Virus record (IMG/VR): IMGVR_UViG_3300043411_001575
Coordinates: 105,659-169,658 of that record
Source of the DNA: a virus
DNA: 64,000 nucleotides
Reading direction: 5' to 3' (one strand)
Shown here: one piece after another, positions 55,601 through 63,974 of the stretch
Layout of the letters: each line of letters opens with the position of its first letter
Position numbering within the stretch: position 1 is the stretch's first letter
The notes under the pieces: generated by a model
What the model was told of the DNA's origin: nothing
Seen by the model: the letters and a program-made list of their open reading frames with translations, nothing else
Databases searched by the model: none
Translations under genes and position numbers: made by a program

Positions 55601-58491
55601 TGACCTCCAAATGTTTTGAATGTAGTAGTTAATATTTCAACAGGTGAACCTAACTTAATTTTTTTCTTTTTAGAACCATCATCATAAAGTTCATAGTAAT
55701 TAACGTCAGAATCCTGTTGCGCATCAAATGTAACTGAAGTACCATCTTTAAATTCAAGATTAACTGAGTGTTTACCATCAACAACTTCTTCATAAAACTT
55801 CATTAAAACATCTTCTTTAGATTCTCCTTCTAAGAATATTGGGTCTCCGTAGTTACCACGAACATCACCACCCATGTGAGGATGAGCTATCAAAACAAAA
55901 CGTACATCGTATACGCTGTAAATTCTAAAGTTCCAATTAAATAATCCAAGATAACTTGAGTTATAAGTATTGTCAGAAGCTACTTGTTCAAAATCTTCTC
56001 CTTCAGGACTTTGTAATCCCCATCCACTATCATCTACTTTCAATGAAGTTGCTTTTTCAAAAGCTTCGGTAGAACCATACATAGCTGATTTTCTTACTTT
56101 ATCAAGAAACTCTTTGTTTGATTTTTCATCATTAGCATCAAAGCTTCCATGATTATAAGAATTCCAATAATTAACAGCAGATTTTAAATGAGGAACAATG
56201 TTTTCATTAATCCATTCTCTTCTTTCTGCATATCCCATTTCTTTCACAGGAGTATTTGGGTCACTCTTTTGTTTTTCGTTTTCTACATCATATCTCTTTA
56301 CAAGAGTTATTTTTTTATCTTTAACTAATTGTTGACCTTCCTGATGAGAGATTTTCTTTACAAGTTTTTTTGATTTATCATAAAGTAAATAATAATCAAT
56401 ATCCTTTTGAGAAGGAGTTAAAACAGAAACAATGTATCCATCTTTTTGTTTTTCACCATCTAATGAATACTTAACTTTAAATGTAGCCTTATATTCACCA
56501 ATAGTAACAGAACCGCCTTTTGCGAACTTACGAGAAAAACGAACAGGTTCTTTATCACTATGGTCTGCACGATTTTCGAAACCAAGCATTTTACGAGCTG
56601 TTACATCACCATCTTTATAAGCTTTAATTTCTTTTTGAGTTGGAGTAGCATAATATTTTTTATCCTTTTTTGTAACTACAAGTAATCTTCCTGTCTTAGG
56701 GTCACGTATTCTTTCATAACGGAATCCAACAGGTTTAGCTTTACGCTTTCTATCTCCTGAGCCATATCCATCAATCTTATATTGTGCGCCTTTTTGTTTC
56801 ACAGCACCACCTTTAGCTAATTTTATTGGAGCAACACTACCATTAACTTTTTTAGAAAAATCATCTGCTAATTCTTTTTCATCTTCTCCAAAAAGTCTTT
56901 CTCTCATTTGACCTTCTTCACTTACATAAAAAACTATGTATTTTGTTTTCTTCAAATTACCTCCTTTTTTAAAGTGTGAGCGCATTACTAAGTTTAAAGG
57001 TATATTATAACCTTCAGGGTCAATAACAGGCTCAGATGGTAAATTTCCTTCTTCATCAGGCTCACCTTCTTCATCTGTTACATATTCAATATCTAACCAA
57101 TCAGAAGTTTCAGGATTGTCGCTTCCGAAAGAATCACGAACTCGTGCAGCATCACCACTATCACTCAACATAATTTCATATCCACCTGAATTTGAAACTG
57201 TGTAATGACCATGAACAACAAATTCTTCATCTTCATCACCTTCAGTATACTCTTCTCTTATTTTATCATCAAATTCTTCTTCAGAATAAATTTGGCTGTT
57301 ATTTGGTATTATACCTAAATCCATTAAATACTTTGTAAGTCTATTCAAATCTTCATCTGCTTTATACTTTAAGAATCCATCTTGAATCAAGCTATTCATT
57401 TGTTCGGAATCTTCTATACTATAAACAACTTCATCTTTTGGGTTTCTAACATCAGCAGAATACTCTCCTCTTTCATCTAAATTAACGACTAAATAAAAGT
57501 CAGTATTTTTTTCAACCCCACCGCCTTTAGCCATGTATTTACTTTCAAGATATTTTTGTGCTTCTTTATATTTAGCCTTTTTAGAAGCATCTACTTTATG
57601 CCCATAAAACATATTGTATATACCTAATTCACCTGCGTATAATTCTAAAGCACCTTGAACATTTTTATTAGACTTATTGTACAAATCATCTAAATGAGAA
57701 TCATTTAATCCACCACCTTTAGCATATTTTTCTTTGTATAAAAATCTTTGGTTTAAAGTTGAAGCACTGCCATCCGACCATTCTACAGAAACATCTTTCC
57801 CATCAAAATCAATTACTTTACCCTCTTTCTTTATTGGTGCAGCATAAGGATTTTTATTGTAATTTTCTAATATGTAAACATCATCACCTTTTCTATATTC
57901 AAAATTATATATACCCCAATAATCACCAATGTCTAATTTATGAACTAAAATAGTATCTAAATTATCAAGTTGAACCTTATATTTAGAGCCTATTATATCT
58001 ATAACAGTCCCAATTGTTCCAACTTTTGCATAATATGGACTTTTATCATTAAAATCCTTGCTCTCAGTTTCTTGAAGAGCCTCTAATTTAGTATTAATAC
58101 GAACATTTTCAATCCCACCTCCATTAGCATACTCTCTTACATTTTCATTTATGTAATCAACTACTTCATCAAACATACCTTCTTGCATATTTGCATAACG
58201 GAAGAATTGTCTTTTTTGAGACTCATCCATATCGTTGTAAAGTTCTTTTACTTGAGTTCTATTTCCATTAATAAGACTATCATTGATGTAATCAAAATAT
58301 TCTTCAATAGAAGTAAAATCTAGTGGAGTCCAAAGGTCTCCGCCTTTACCAAATCTCTTTGTTCTGTTGACATCAGAGCGATTTTCACGATATTCATAAT
58401 AAGTATTACCATCAGCAGATGTACGTTTACCTGCGTGTTGAGCCTTAATATTTTTGTCTCTTGCTAAAGCTAATTTTGTTCTTCTGTTCAT
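52672..58491 (-). CDS. Giant modular protein/polyprotein B (1939 aa)
   Basis: About 18 xxxGG linkers; internally duplicated modules; first 47 aa identical to polyprotein A. Confidence 0.85.
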   Translation of the reverse strand: MNRRTKLALARDKNIKAQHAGKRTSADGNTYYEYRENRSDVNRTKRFGKGGDLWTPLDFTSIEEYFDYINDSLINGNRTQVKELYNDMDESQKRQFFRYANMQEGMFDEVVDYINENVREYANGGGIENVRINTKLEALQETESKDFNDKSPYYAKVGTIGTVIDIIGSKYKVQLDNLDTILVHKLDIGDYWGIYNFEYRKGDDVYILENYNKNPYAAPIKKEGKVIDFDGKDVSVEWSDGSASTLNQRFLYKEKYAKGGGLNDSHLDDLYNKSNKNVQGALELYAGELGIYNMFYGHKVDASKKAKYKEAQKYLESKYMAKGGGVEKNTDFYLVVNLDERGEYSADVRNPKDEVVYSIEDSEQMNSLIQDGFLKYKADEDLNRLTKYLMDLGIIPNNSQIYSEEEFDDKIREEYTEGDEDEEFVVHGHYTVSNSGGYEIMLSDSGDAARVRDSFGSDNPETSDWLDIEYVTDEEGEPDEEGNLPSEPVIDPEGYNIPLNLVMRSHFKKGGNLKKTKYIVFYVSEEGQMRERLFGEDEKELADDFSKKVNGSVAPIKLAKGGAVKQKGAQYKIDGYGSGDRKRKAKPVGFRYERIRDPKTGRLLVVTKKDKKYYATPTQKEIKAYKDGDVTARKMLGFENRADHSDKEPVRFSRKFAKGGSVTIGEYKATFKVKYSLDGEKQKDGYIVSVLTPSQKDIDYYLLYDKSKKLVKKISHQEGQQLVKDKKITLVKRYDVENEKQKSDPNTPVKEMGYAERREWINENIVPHLKSAVNYWNSYNHGSFDANDEKSNKEFLDKVRKSAMYGSTEAFEKATSLKVDDSGWGLQSPEGEDFEQVASDNTYNSSYLGLFNWNFRIYSVYDVRFVLIAHPHMGGDVRGNYGDPIFLEGESKEDVLMKFYEEVVDGKHSVNLEFKDGTSVTFDAQQDSDVNYYELYDDGSKKKKIKLGSPVEILTTTFKTFGGHKGDDFVEEIVDEFERNNTNKKEKGGSLDYDDFEINKLYKNSSDGQLYTFIGRDNNGDGRLTFIGKDKIKRIFPPSKMSIVDEFERSKDKNKKKMSNGGGVGEELMGGQPNTSKPSGYKLISKKGKEIIVSDDGGKTKELWYKNNGFVGYTLHYEGNQYEFVESFANGGGVGDIKVGDIIILPFDMRTTLNGVKSKIDENKKIRTSKWLVEELFTDTHNNKRVIISNSKERRNTYLEKVKQIIGLLNPKYANGGGVGEPIAYTHYGHWGKRAVPIYYEKEIKGSTFHLVRNTIPKGDKGEGKLAWDIVMDGVSMGTASSFENGKKSIDNWFNNYAKGGGLRKFQEDDFVIGIAKNKYYGDKGQIFGYTDQTGNPIAKGLVVVRMLDNSGLKYIPETDLDFYNPKGVPLSEKNKARLKELFPNEPHNLPRYQEEYEARSSKGKMANGGELSSSMIGKSLSSGTLKSEHLIESFMDFLQSVKVELGIEEKVNNLQEEVNALEKDEDGDFVGESEETATYILNEDIFDLLNNIAPEGTSFGSHEGNGSDFGFWEYENDEEFAKGGGVSDTKKIKKRLEYLRKELRAERISQGELIELQSLSKYIDKGDVELLEAAGVPEFEDDDEVEEEKFRYKDIYSSQGGMTFETGEEVEEFIKRTKPFIRKELKKGNFVVVYNGKEYFIGEKLKINDEYADGGGVGESILIKNIIGKYEKKYGYKPSKQELNNLYSSGQLSLTDEEENELIKYFNEYADGGGLDNTEEIKERLEYLRGELREERISQGELIELQSLSKYIDKGDVELLEAAGVPEFDDEEFAKGGSLKKTKAKYVELLNEIGVPEHDHPEYGGRVPYKHLNTYGLWLRKNDPIAFNVGYSDWAGEDDYKKGGAIKQRGAQYERDVPYGSRDTSVQSRLVGYRYRKILDKSTGMMRKIKKTDKEYYKPVTQKDIKAYEEGDVKARKMIYQENRRDHSDKNPKNKRAY

Positions 58492-58521
58492 ATTGAAGTG
58501 TTTTAAATATTTTGATTTTTT

Positions 58522-59526
58522 TTAATTCCAAGATTTTGATTTATCAAGACTATGCTCTAAATATGCCCATCTGCTATCGCCTGCACGATTTATAGCTCCG
58601 TCCATATACCACCCAACCATCATTTGTTGAGAATTTAATTGGTCTTTCAATTCCTTAGACTTAAGGAACTCTTCAGCATCATTCATTTCCGCATAACCTT
58701 CTTCAAGGTTTTTTAAATTCAATGGAATACCTAATCCGTATGATACCAAGTCAGTATAACCAACTTCATCTGCATTTATTCCCGCTGAATCAGCACATGA
58801 CTCAATATGTGCCTTATCAATAAATTCAATAGAAGGATAAATACTCAATGAAATGATAAATGGTTTTTCTTCAAACCTATCATCTCCTGTTGCTTCATAA
58901 AAGTTTTCTATTGTAGCTACAAGTACAAGTGGAATTTCTTTTTCATCATCTCCAACTATTACTTGACCAAAATCTCTTTTGAAATACATTTGGTCTCCAT
59001 AGTCTGCGATTTCAACGAACTCGTTTTCTCCTGACATATTTTTATTTTTTGAATTATCTTTTAAATCTCCGCCTTTTTTGAATTCTTTTTCATCAATCAT
59101 TTTTAAAGCTCTTATGAGTGACTTTTCTCTTGCTTCATAAAGAGTATCAAATCCATCCTTTAAAATCTCAAAGAAATCATCTGAAATATTTTCATTATAT
59201 TTTGATACCATTACTTTATAAAATCCTATTTTTTCACCTCTATAAACAGGATATGGGTGTAAACCTATTGCATATTTTGACTCAATAAAATCAAAAGCTT
59301 GTTGCCATAGTGGAGCTGTACAAATAGCTTGTTTACCCGCTGATGGATGCCTCTCTAATCTAAAATTATTATTATCATATCTCTCTCTAAAATAATTAAG
59401 TTCTGTAGATGTAAAAGGCTCTTTTTCCTCTTCAAAAGATAACTGATAATAAGCTAAACAAGGCTCATTAAAACCTAAATCCTTTAGACTTTTAGCTATT
59501 TCAAACGAAACGAACTGCTCTTTCAT
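58522..59526 (-). CDS. Two-module GG-linker protein
   Basis: N-terminal module homologous to 14170-14496, EFKKGG linker, acidic second module. Confidence 0.78.
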   Translation of the reverse strand: MKEQFVSFEIAKSLKDLGFNEPCLAYYQLSFEEEKEPFTSTELNYFRERYDNNNFRLERHPSAGKQAICTAPLWQQAFDFIESKYAIGLHPYPVYRGEKIGFYKVMVSKYNENISDDFFEILKDGFDTLYEAREKSLIRALKMIDEKEFKKGGDLKDNSKNKNMSGENEFVEIADYGDQMYFKRDFGQVIVGDDEKEIPLVLVATIENFYEATGDDRFEEKPFIISLSIYPSIEFIDKAHIESCADSAGINADEVGYTDLVSYGLGIPLNLKNLEEGYAEMNDAEEFLKSKELKDQLNSQQMMVGWYMDGAINRAGDSRWAYLEHSLDKSKSWN

Positions 59527-59528
59527 AA

Positions 59529-59924
59529 TTAAGGATTTTTTTGTTTTAATTTTAATACACTAACCAATACCCCTAAAGACTGAGTATCCATAAGTCCCAT
59601 TGTCTTTTCAATTGGTTCTTCAAAACGATTTAACCAATTTTTAGCATATGAATCACTTGAATCTCTTTGAAAACGATTCTGAATAAACAATTCACTTATG
59701 CTTAATTTAGGATTTGTAACAGTTAATGGAACTTCCCTGTAGTAATCAGTTTGTTTTGCCTTTTCTTCAATTGATTGAATTAAAGCTGCACGAGTAGTGC
59801 TATCACCTTCGTTCCAAACCTTTTGAATCCCTTTTTCCCAACGATTCATCCAAGTTTTAAGGTAACTATCATTTGGGTCTAAACCTCCAAATCTGTTTTC
59901 TATAAATATTTCGAATAATGACAT
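59529..59924 (-). CDS. Hypothetical protein with internal duplication
   Basis: ExFIxNRF...DSYxKxWxNRxE occurs twice. Confidence 0.72.
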   Translation of the reverse strand: MSLFEIFIENRFGGLDPNDSYLKTWMNRWEKGIQKVWNEGDSTTRAALIQSIEEKAKQTDYYREVPLTVTNPKLSISELFIQNRFQRDSSDSYAKNWLNRFEEPIEKTMGLMDTQSLGVLVSVLKLKQKNP

Positions 59925-60023
59925 TTTTTTAAACTTTTTAAATACGTACAATATTAATGATTTCCAAATTAATAACAATGATTTTTACCTACTTTATTGG
60001 TAACACTTTTTGTTACTTTTTTT

Positions 60024-60641
60024 TTATTTTTTTCTTCCGTTAAAAATCATTGGTTCGTTGCTCATTTTTCTCAAAAATGATTCTGAAACCTTAACATCAA
60101 TCAATCCCATTGTTCTTTCTAATTCTTTAAAAACAACTTGACCTGATAACATTTCTATTCTTTTTATTTGCTTATAAAAAACAAGCATTCTTGTCGCACT
60201 ATTAGCAGGGAAAGTATATTGACTAAAAAGGCTATTGTCATCCAATATAAATTCATTCTTTTTAAAGTCTAAAGATGCTATGTTTGATTGAATCTGATTA
60301 ACTGAAAGCTCTGTATTTGGTAATCTTGGAAACTGACATTGATTTCCATTAGCGTCTCTTTTTAGTATCGTTAATGGCTGTGAGAATTGAGATATATTTT
60401 CTACTATTAACTCAATTCTTCTAACTAACATTGGACTATTTTGAATATCCTGAAGTAATGAATTATAGTTGTATGGGCTAGTTATATAAAATCCACTTCC
60501 TGAAGAAGCAAAATTAGTAAGTGTAATTGAGTTAAAAATATCAATAGTAACAGGAGAACCTGTTGGATTAACAAAATCCACCTGAGTATAATCCCACATT
60601 GCGTTTAGTGGGAAATCGTTATTTGGATTCTGTAAACTCAC
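60024..60641 (-). CDS. Beta-rich putative capsid-associated protein; paralog of 42891-43478
   Basis: YNSLLQDIQNSPMLV...RDANGN...QIQS...FILDD...YTFPANS. Confidence 0.55.
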   Translation of the reverse strand: MSLQNPNNDFPLNAMWDYTQVDFVNPTGSPVTIDIFNSITLTNFASSGSGFYITSPYNYNSLLQDIQNSPMLVRRIELIVENISQFSQPLTILKRDANGNQCQFPRLPNTELSVNQIQSNIASLDFKKNEFILDDNSLFSQYTFPANSATRMLVFYKQIKRIEMLSGQVVFKELERTMGLIDVKVSESFLRKMSNEPMIFNGRKK

Positions 60642-60644
60642 TGA

Positions 60645-61514
60645 TTATGCCGCCTTAGCGTACTCTTTTAAATCTCCATCATTAAACTTCTTAATGAAGT
60701 CTTTTATGATTAAGTATCTTTTATGATTACCTTCTGTTGCAGCACCTTTGAATACGTATAAGAACGCTTGGTGAGCTTCAATTTCAGAGTAACCCAAAGA
60801 TAAATAAATATTCAAGGCATTAATATCCGCTCCTGTTTCATAACCGATAGCATTTCCATCTTCAGGGTTTTTCCACTTATGAGAATACTCATGAAGTAGA
60901 ATAACCATTCTCATCGGAATAGTATATTTTAAGAAGTCTTCTTTGCTTATTTCAACTGTACCTGTAGCGTGACCGATACGAGCAGGAGTATTTAATTTTC
61001 TACCTGTTTTTCTATCCTTTATTTTATCCCAATAATCGAAAGTAAATTCACCACAATCAGAACGATAAACAGAAGGAACTTCCTTACCATTAACAAATTG
61101 AGAAGCCGATAAATGAGATGCATTTTCGCAGAAAAACTGAACGAACTTAATGAAGTTTCTATCCCTTTCAGAAAGCCAAACAGGTTTAGTTTTCAGAGGA
61201 GCTGCTTCAAATTTTTCTATTGTAAAAGTTGGGTCTTCAGTACCTTTAAATTTACCATTTTTTTGATTAAAAATATCAATATGTAATTTAGATGGAACTT
61301 GCGGAAACTTTAATTCAAAAGTTCTCTCTCCATTCACTATTCCCTTACGCTTAACGTATCCTGTTTTAATAGGAACTTGCTTTTGAACGCCATCAATCTT
61401 CATCATACCATCAACAATATCGTAAGCTTGAAGAACAATACATTCAGGTTTTTTAGTTTTAACCTTTACAACTAGTGTAAAAGGAACATTATATGTTGGG
61501 AATGTGAAATACAT
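60645..61514 (-). CDS. Zincin-type metallopeptidase
   Basis: ILLHEYSH (HExxH) with downstream ETGAD (third zinc ligand E). Confidence 0.75.
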   Translation of the reverse strand: MYFTFPTYNVPFTLVVKVKTKKPECIVLQAYDIVDGMMKIDGVQKQVPIKTGYVKRKGIVNGERTFELKFPQVPSKLHIDIFNQKNGKFKGTEDPTFTIEKFEAAPLKTKPVWLSERDRNFIKFVQFFCENASHLSASQFVNGKEVPSVYRSDCGEFTFDYWDKIKDRKTGRKLNTPARIGHATGTVEISKEDFLKYTIPMRMVILLHEYSHKWKNPEDGNAIGYETGADINALNIYLSLGYSEIEAHQAFLYVFKGAATEGNHKRYLIIKDFIKKFNDGDLKEYAKAA

Positions 61515-61529
61515 TGAATGTCTTTTTAA

Positions 61530-61715
61530 TTATTTAGATTTTCCTAATTTAAGTTTTGGAATCATAGTAACACCAAGTCCTACAATACCAATACCTAAAG
61601 CCCAATATCTTCTGTTAACAGCTTTATTATTATCTCTAACAAAAAAACTGCTTGAAAACAATAGTACAGAACTTGCTTGAAGTACTAAACCTACTAATTT
61701 AACTTTATCTTTCAT
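61530..61715 (-). CDS. Small two-TM membrane protein
   Basis: Two hydrophobic segments. Confidence 0.6.
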   Translation of the reverse strand: MKDKVKLVGLVLQASSVLLFSSSFFVRDNNKAVNRRYWALGIGIVGLGVTMIPKLKLGKSK

Positions 61716-61723
61716 TTTATTTT

Positions 61724-62389
61724 TTAAATTATTTTTTTCCATTTAAGTAATCCGAAAATAGCTCCTAAAACAGCAACAGCAGAAACTCCAACTATTACTT
61801 TTTTCTTGGTAGACCATCCTTCTGATTCAGATGGTGCTTTTTCTTTACTAGCATCAGGAGTTGTAGTTTCAACTTCAGTAGTTTTAACTTCTTCTGTTTT
61901 TGTAGCAGGTTGAGTGGTAGTGTTTTCTTTATATGGTTCAATTACAGAACCAGCACGACCTCCAAAACCAATTTCAAGCATAGCATCTCCAATATCAACA
62001 ACCAAAAAATTAGGTGGTTCACTAGTTCTTTTGTTTATTATCACTACACCTTCAACTATATCTCCTACCTTATAGGTTACTTTTTTATTGTTTCTAAAAT
62101 GTGTATTTAAAGCATTAACATTCTGTTTTTTTAACTTTGCACTTCCCATAAATGGATTCGTGAAAATAAACTTTGATTTTACAGATTTTTTCTCGTTTCT
62201 CTTTGCTTGTATTGTTCTTATTCCAACGTTTTTAGGGGATGAATTTGATTCTACTGCATGTGAGGATAAAACTCCAATTTCAGAAGCCATATTTCCTCCT
62301 GTTGTTTCAGTTGCTATTCCTAAAACTTGAGAAAAACCATTATCCATATTAGAACTATTTGGTTCGAAAAATACATTTCTATCTTGCAT
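61724..62389 (-). CDS. Membrane-anchored protein (C-terminal TM)
   Basis: T/E-rich linker, then KKKVIVGVSAVAVLGAIFGLLKWKK. Confidence 0.75.
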   Translation of the reverse strand: MQDRNVFFEPNSSNMDNGFSQVLGIATETTGGNMASEIGVLSSHAVESNSSPKNVGIRTIQAKRNEKKSVKSKFIFTNPFMGSAKLKKQNVNALNTHFRNNKKVTYKVGDIVEGVVIINKRTSEPPNFLVVDIGDAMLEIGFGGRAGSVIEPYKENTTTQPATKTEEVKTTEVETTTPDASKEKAPSESEGWSTKKKVIVGVSAVAVLGAIFGLLKWKKII

Positions 62390-62394
62390 AATAA

Positions 62395-63351
62395 TTATTT
62401 TTTAAGTTTAACATACAATTTATATCCTCCGAAAGCAAGTGCTAATCCACCAACTATAGCAACAGAAATTCCAATTTTTTTAGGCATCCATAAAAACTTT
62501 TTTTCATCAGCAGACTCATCAGATTTACTTTCAGAAGACTCTTTATTAGAGTCACCTTGAGTGTCTTTTGAAGTATCTTTTTTAACGCCTCTATTACCTT
62601 TAACAAAGGTATCGGATTGTAACGAAGTTCCACTATTTTTTTTAGTTGGTTTTATCACAAGCGTTTTGTTGATAACAAATTTTGGTGGTACTGTAGGAGC
62701 TGTAGTAGATGTTGATGGAACAACAATAGGAGGGGGAGTTAGTCCTTTAGATTGCATTTTTAATTGAGCGAGTCCACCCGCTCTTTTAAAGTCTCTCCAT
62801 CTTTTTCTCCATCCCCATTGTTTTTTTGGTATTCTAATGCAAACATTTTTTTCTACTAATCTAATCTTAGGTATATTTGCACAAACTTCTTCTCTTCTTT
62901 TACAATCACCAGCTCTGTGACCATCTCTATTAAGAGTATACCATGCTACACAAAAACTTTTACACTCTCTTTCTGTATACGCTTTTGGTAATTTTATTTT
63001 CCTACACTTTTTCTTCATTACAATACGAGTTTTTCCGTACTGTGCCTTTAGTTCAAGCTTCTTATTTCTAACAAGACTTCTGAATTTAGGAAGGTCTTGT
63101 TCAGAAACCCCTTCTTCATCAGAGAACTCTGAATCAGTACTATCCTCATCTTCATATTCTTGCTCATCTTCACTTCCGTAATCAGATGAATTAATATCTC
63201 CATCTGTTTCATCATCATCAGAAGCCTCATATTCTCCACTTTCTAAACCATCAGCAGAGGAAAAGTTACCTCCCATTTGAAATACACTATCATCTAAATC
63301 ATAACTATTAAAATTAGATGATGGTTCAAATAAAACTTTATTATTTTTCAT
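62395..63351 (-). CDS. Membrane-anchored protein with acidic and Cys/Lys-rich segments
   Basis: Acidic N-terminus, basic Cys-containing middle, C-terminal TM. Confidence 0.75.
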   Translation of the reverse strand: MKNNKVLFEPSSNFNSYDLDDSVFQMGGNFSSADGLESGEYEASDDDETDGDINSSDYGSEDEQEYEDEDSTDSEFSDEEGVSEQDLPKFRSLVRNKKLELKAQYGKTRIVMKKKCRKIKLPKAYTERECKSFCVAWYTLNRDGHRAGDCKRREEVCANIPKIRLVEKNVCIRIPKKQWGWRKRWRDFKRAGGLAQLKMQSKGLTPPPIVVPSTSTTAPTVPPKFVINKTLVIKPTKKNSGTSLQSDTFVKGNRGVKKDTSKDTQGDSNKESSESKSDESADEKKFLWMPKKIGISVAIVGGLALAFGGYKLYVKLKK

Positions 63352-63356
63352 GTTAA

Positions 63357-63974
63357 TTATTTTTTTCTAAATTTAAAATAGGCTAAAGTTCCTATTGCTA
63401 TTGCCGTAACAACTATGGTTGTTCCAATCCAAAACTTTTTCTTTTCAATTCCAAATATTTCATTCTTACCCTCTGAGTCATCAACTATTTTAGCTAATTC
63501 TTTTTCGTCAGTTGGTAATGGAGCATTAGGAATGTCAGCGGTTTCAGGTATGTTAGCTAATTCTTCCGCTTTAGCACCTTGTTTTTTTGCATAGTCTTTA
63601 AATATTCCACCCATAGAAGCAAATGCAGTTGCACCTAAACCCATTCCTGCTGCGGCTGCTTTTGTTGTACCTGTAGGCTCAGGCGTAAGTAATAATGCAG
63701 TTGACGCTACCCCCAATAAAGATGAGGCTGCTAAAATAGAGTTAGCTGCCGTATTAGCATTTTTCCCATCAGCATTTGAATAACTACCATCAAAACCTTT
63801 TTTATTTTTTTGGAACTTCTCAACTAAATCTTTGAATAAAGCTTTTCTCTTACTCCCTCTAATCATAGCTTGGTCAAACTTAGCTTTTTCTCCTCCCCAC
63901 TTCCACCATTTCTGCATTACTTTTTCCCAATCTTCTTGGCTCTTAGCTTTTAAATCAGCTAATGCAGATGCCAT
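63357..63974 (-). CDS. Membrane protein, possibly 5'-truncated by the window edge
   Basis: Hydrophobic hairpin and C-terminal TM; frame stays open to the edge. Confidence 0.7.
   Translation of the reverse strand: MASALADLKAKSQEDWEKVMQKWWKWGGEKAKFDQAMIRGSKRKALFKDLVEKFQKNKKGFDGSYSNADGKNANTAANSILAASSLLGVASTALLLTPEPTGTTKAAAAGMGLGATAFASMGGIFKDYAKKQGAKAEELANIPETADIPNAPLPTDEKELAKIVDDSEGKNEIFGIEKKKFWIGTTIVVTAIAIGTLAYFKFRKK

Larger units (their letters stand above)
51902..58491 (-). repeat. 140 bp direct repeat (51902-52041 and 58352-58491) encoding the identical N-termini of both giant proteins
   Basis: One synonymous mismatch seen. Confidence 0.9.

Noticed and set aside
35717-58491. Diversity-generating retroelement TR/VR pairs among the near-identical repeats
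   Set aside because: The repeats are at gene 5' ends or internal, with very few mismatches and no adenine-specific pattern; no reverse transcriptase seen.
653-63239. Many short antisense or alternative-frame ORFs in the track (for example 653-868, 2153-2530, 7714 start, 20413-20727, 47564-47902)
   Set aside because: They overlap better-supported genes and have shadow-ORF composition.
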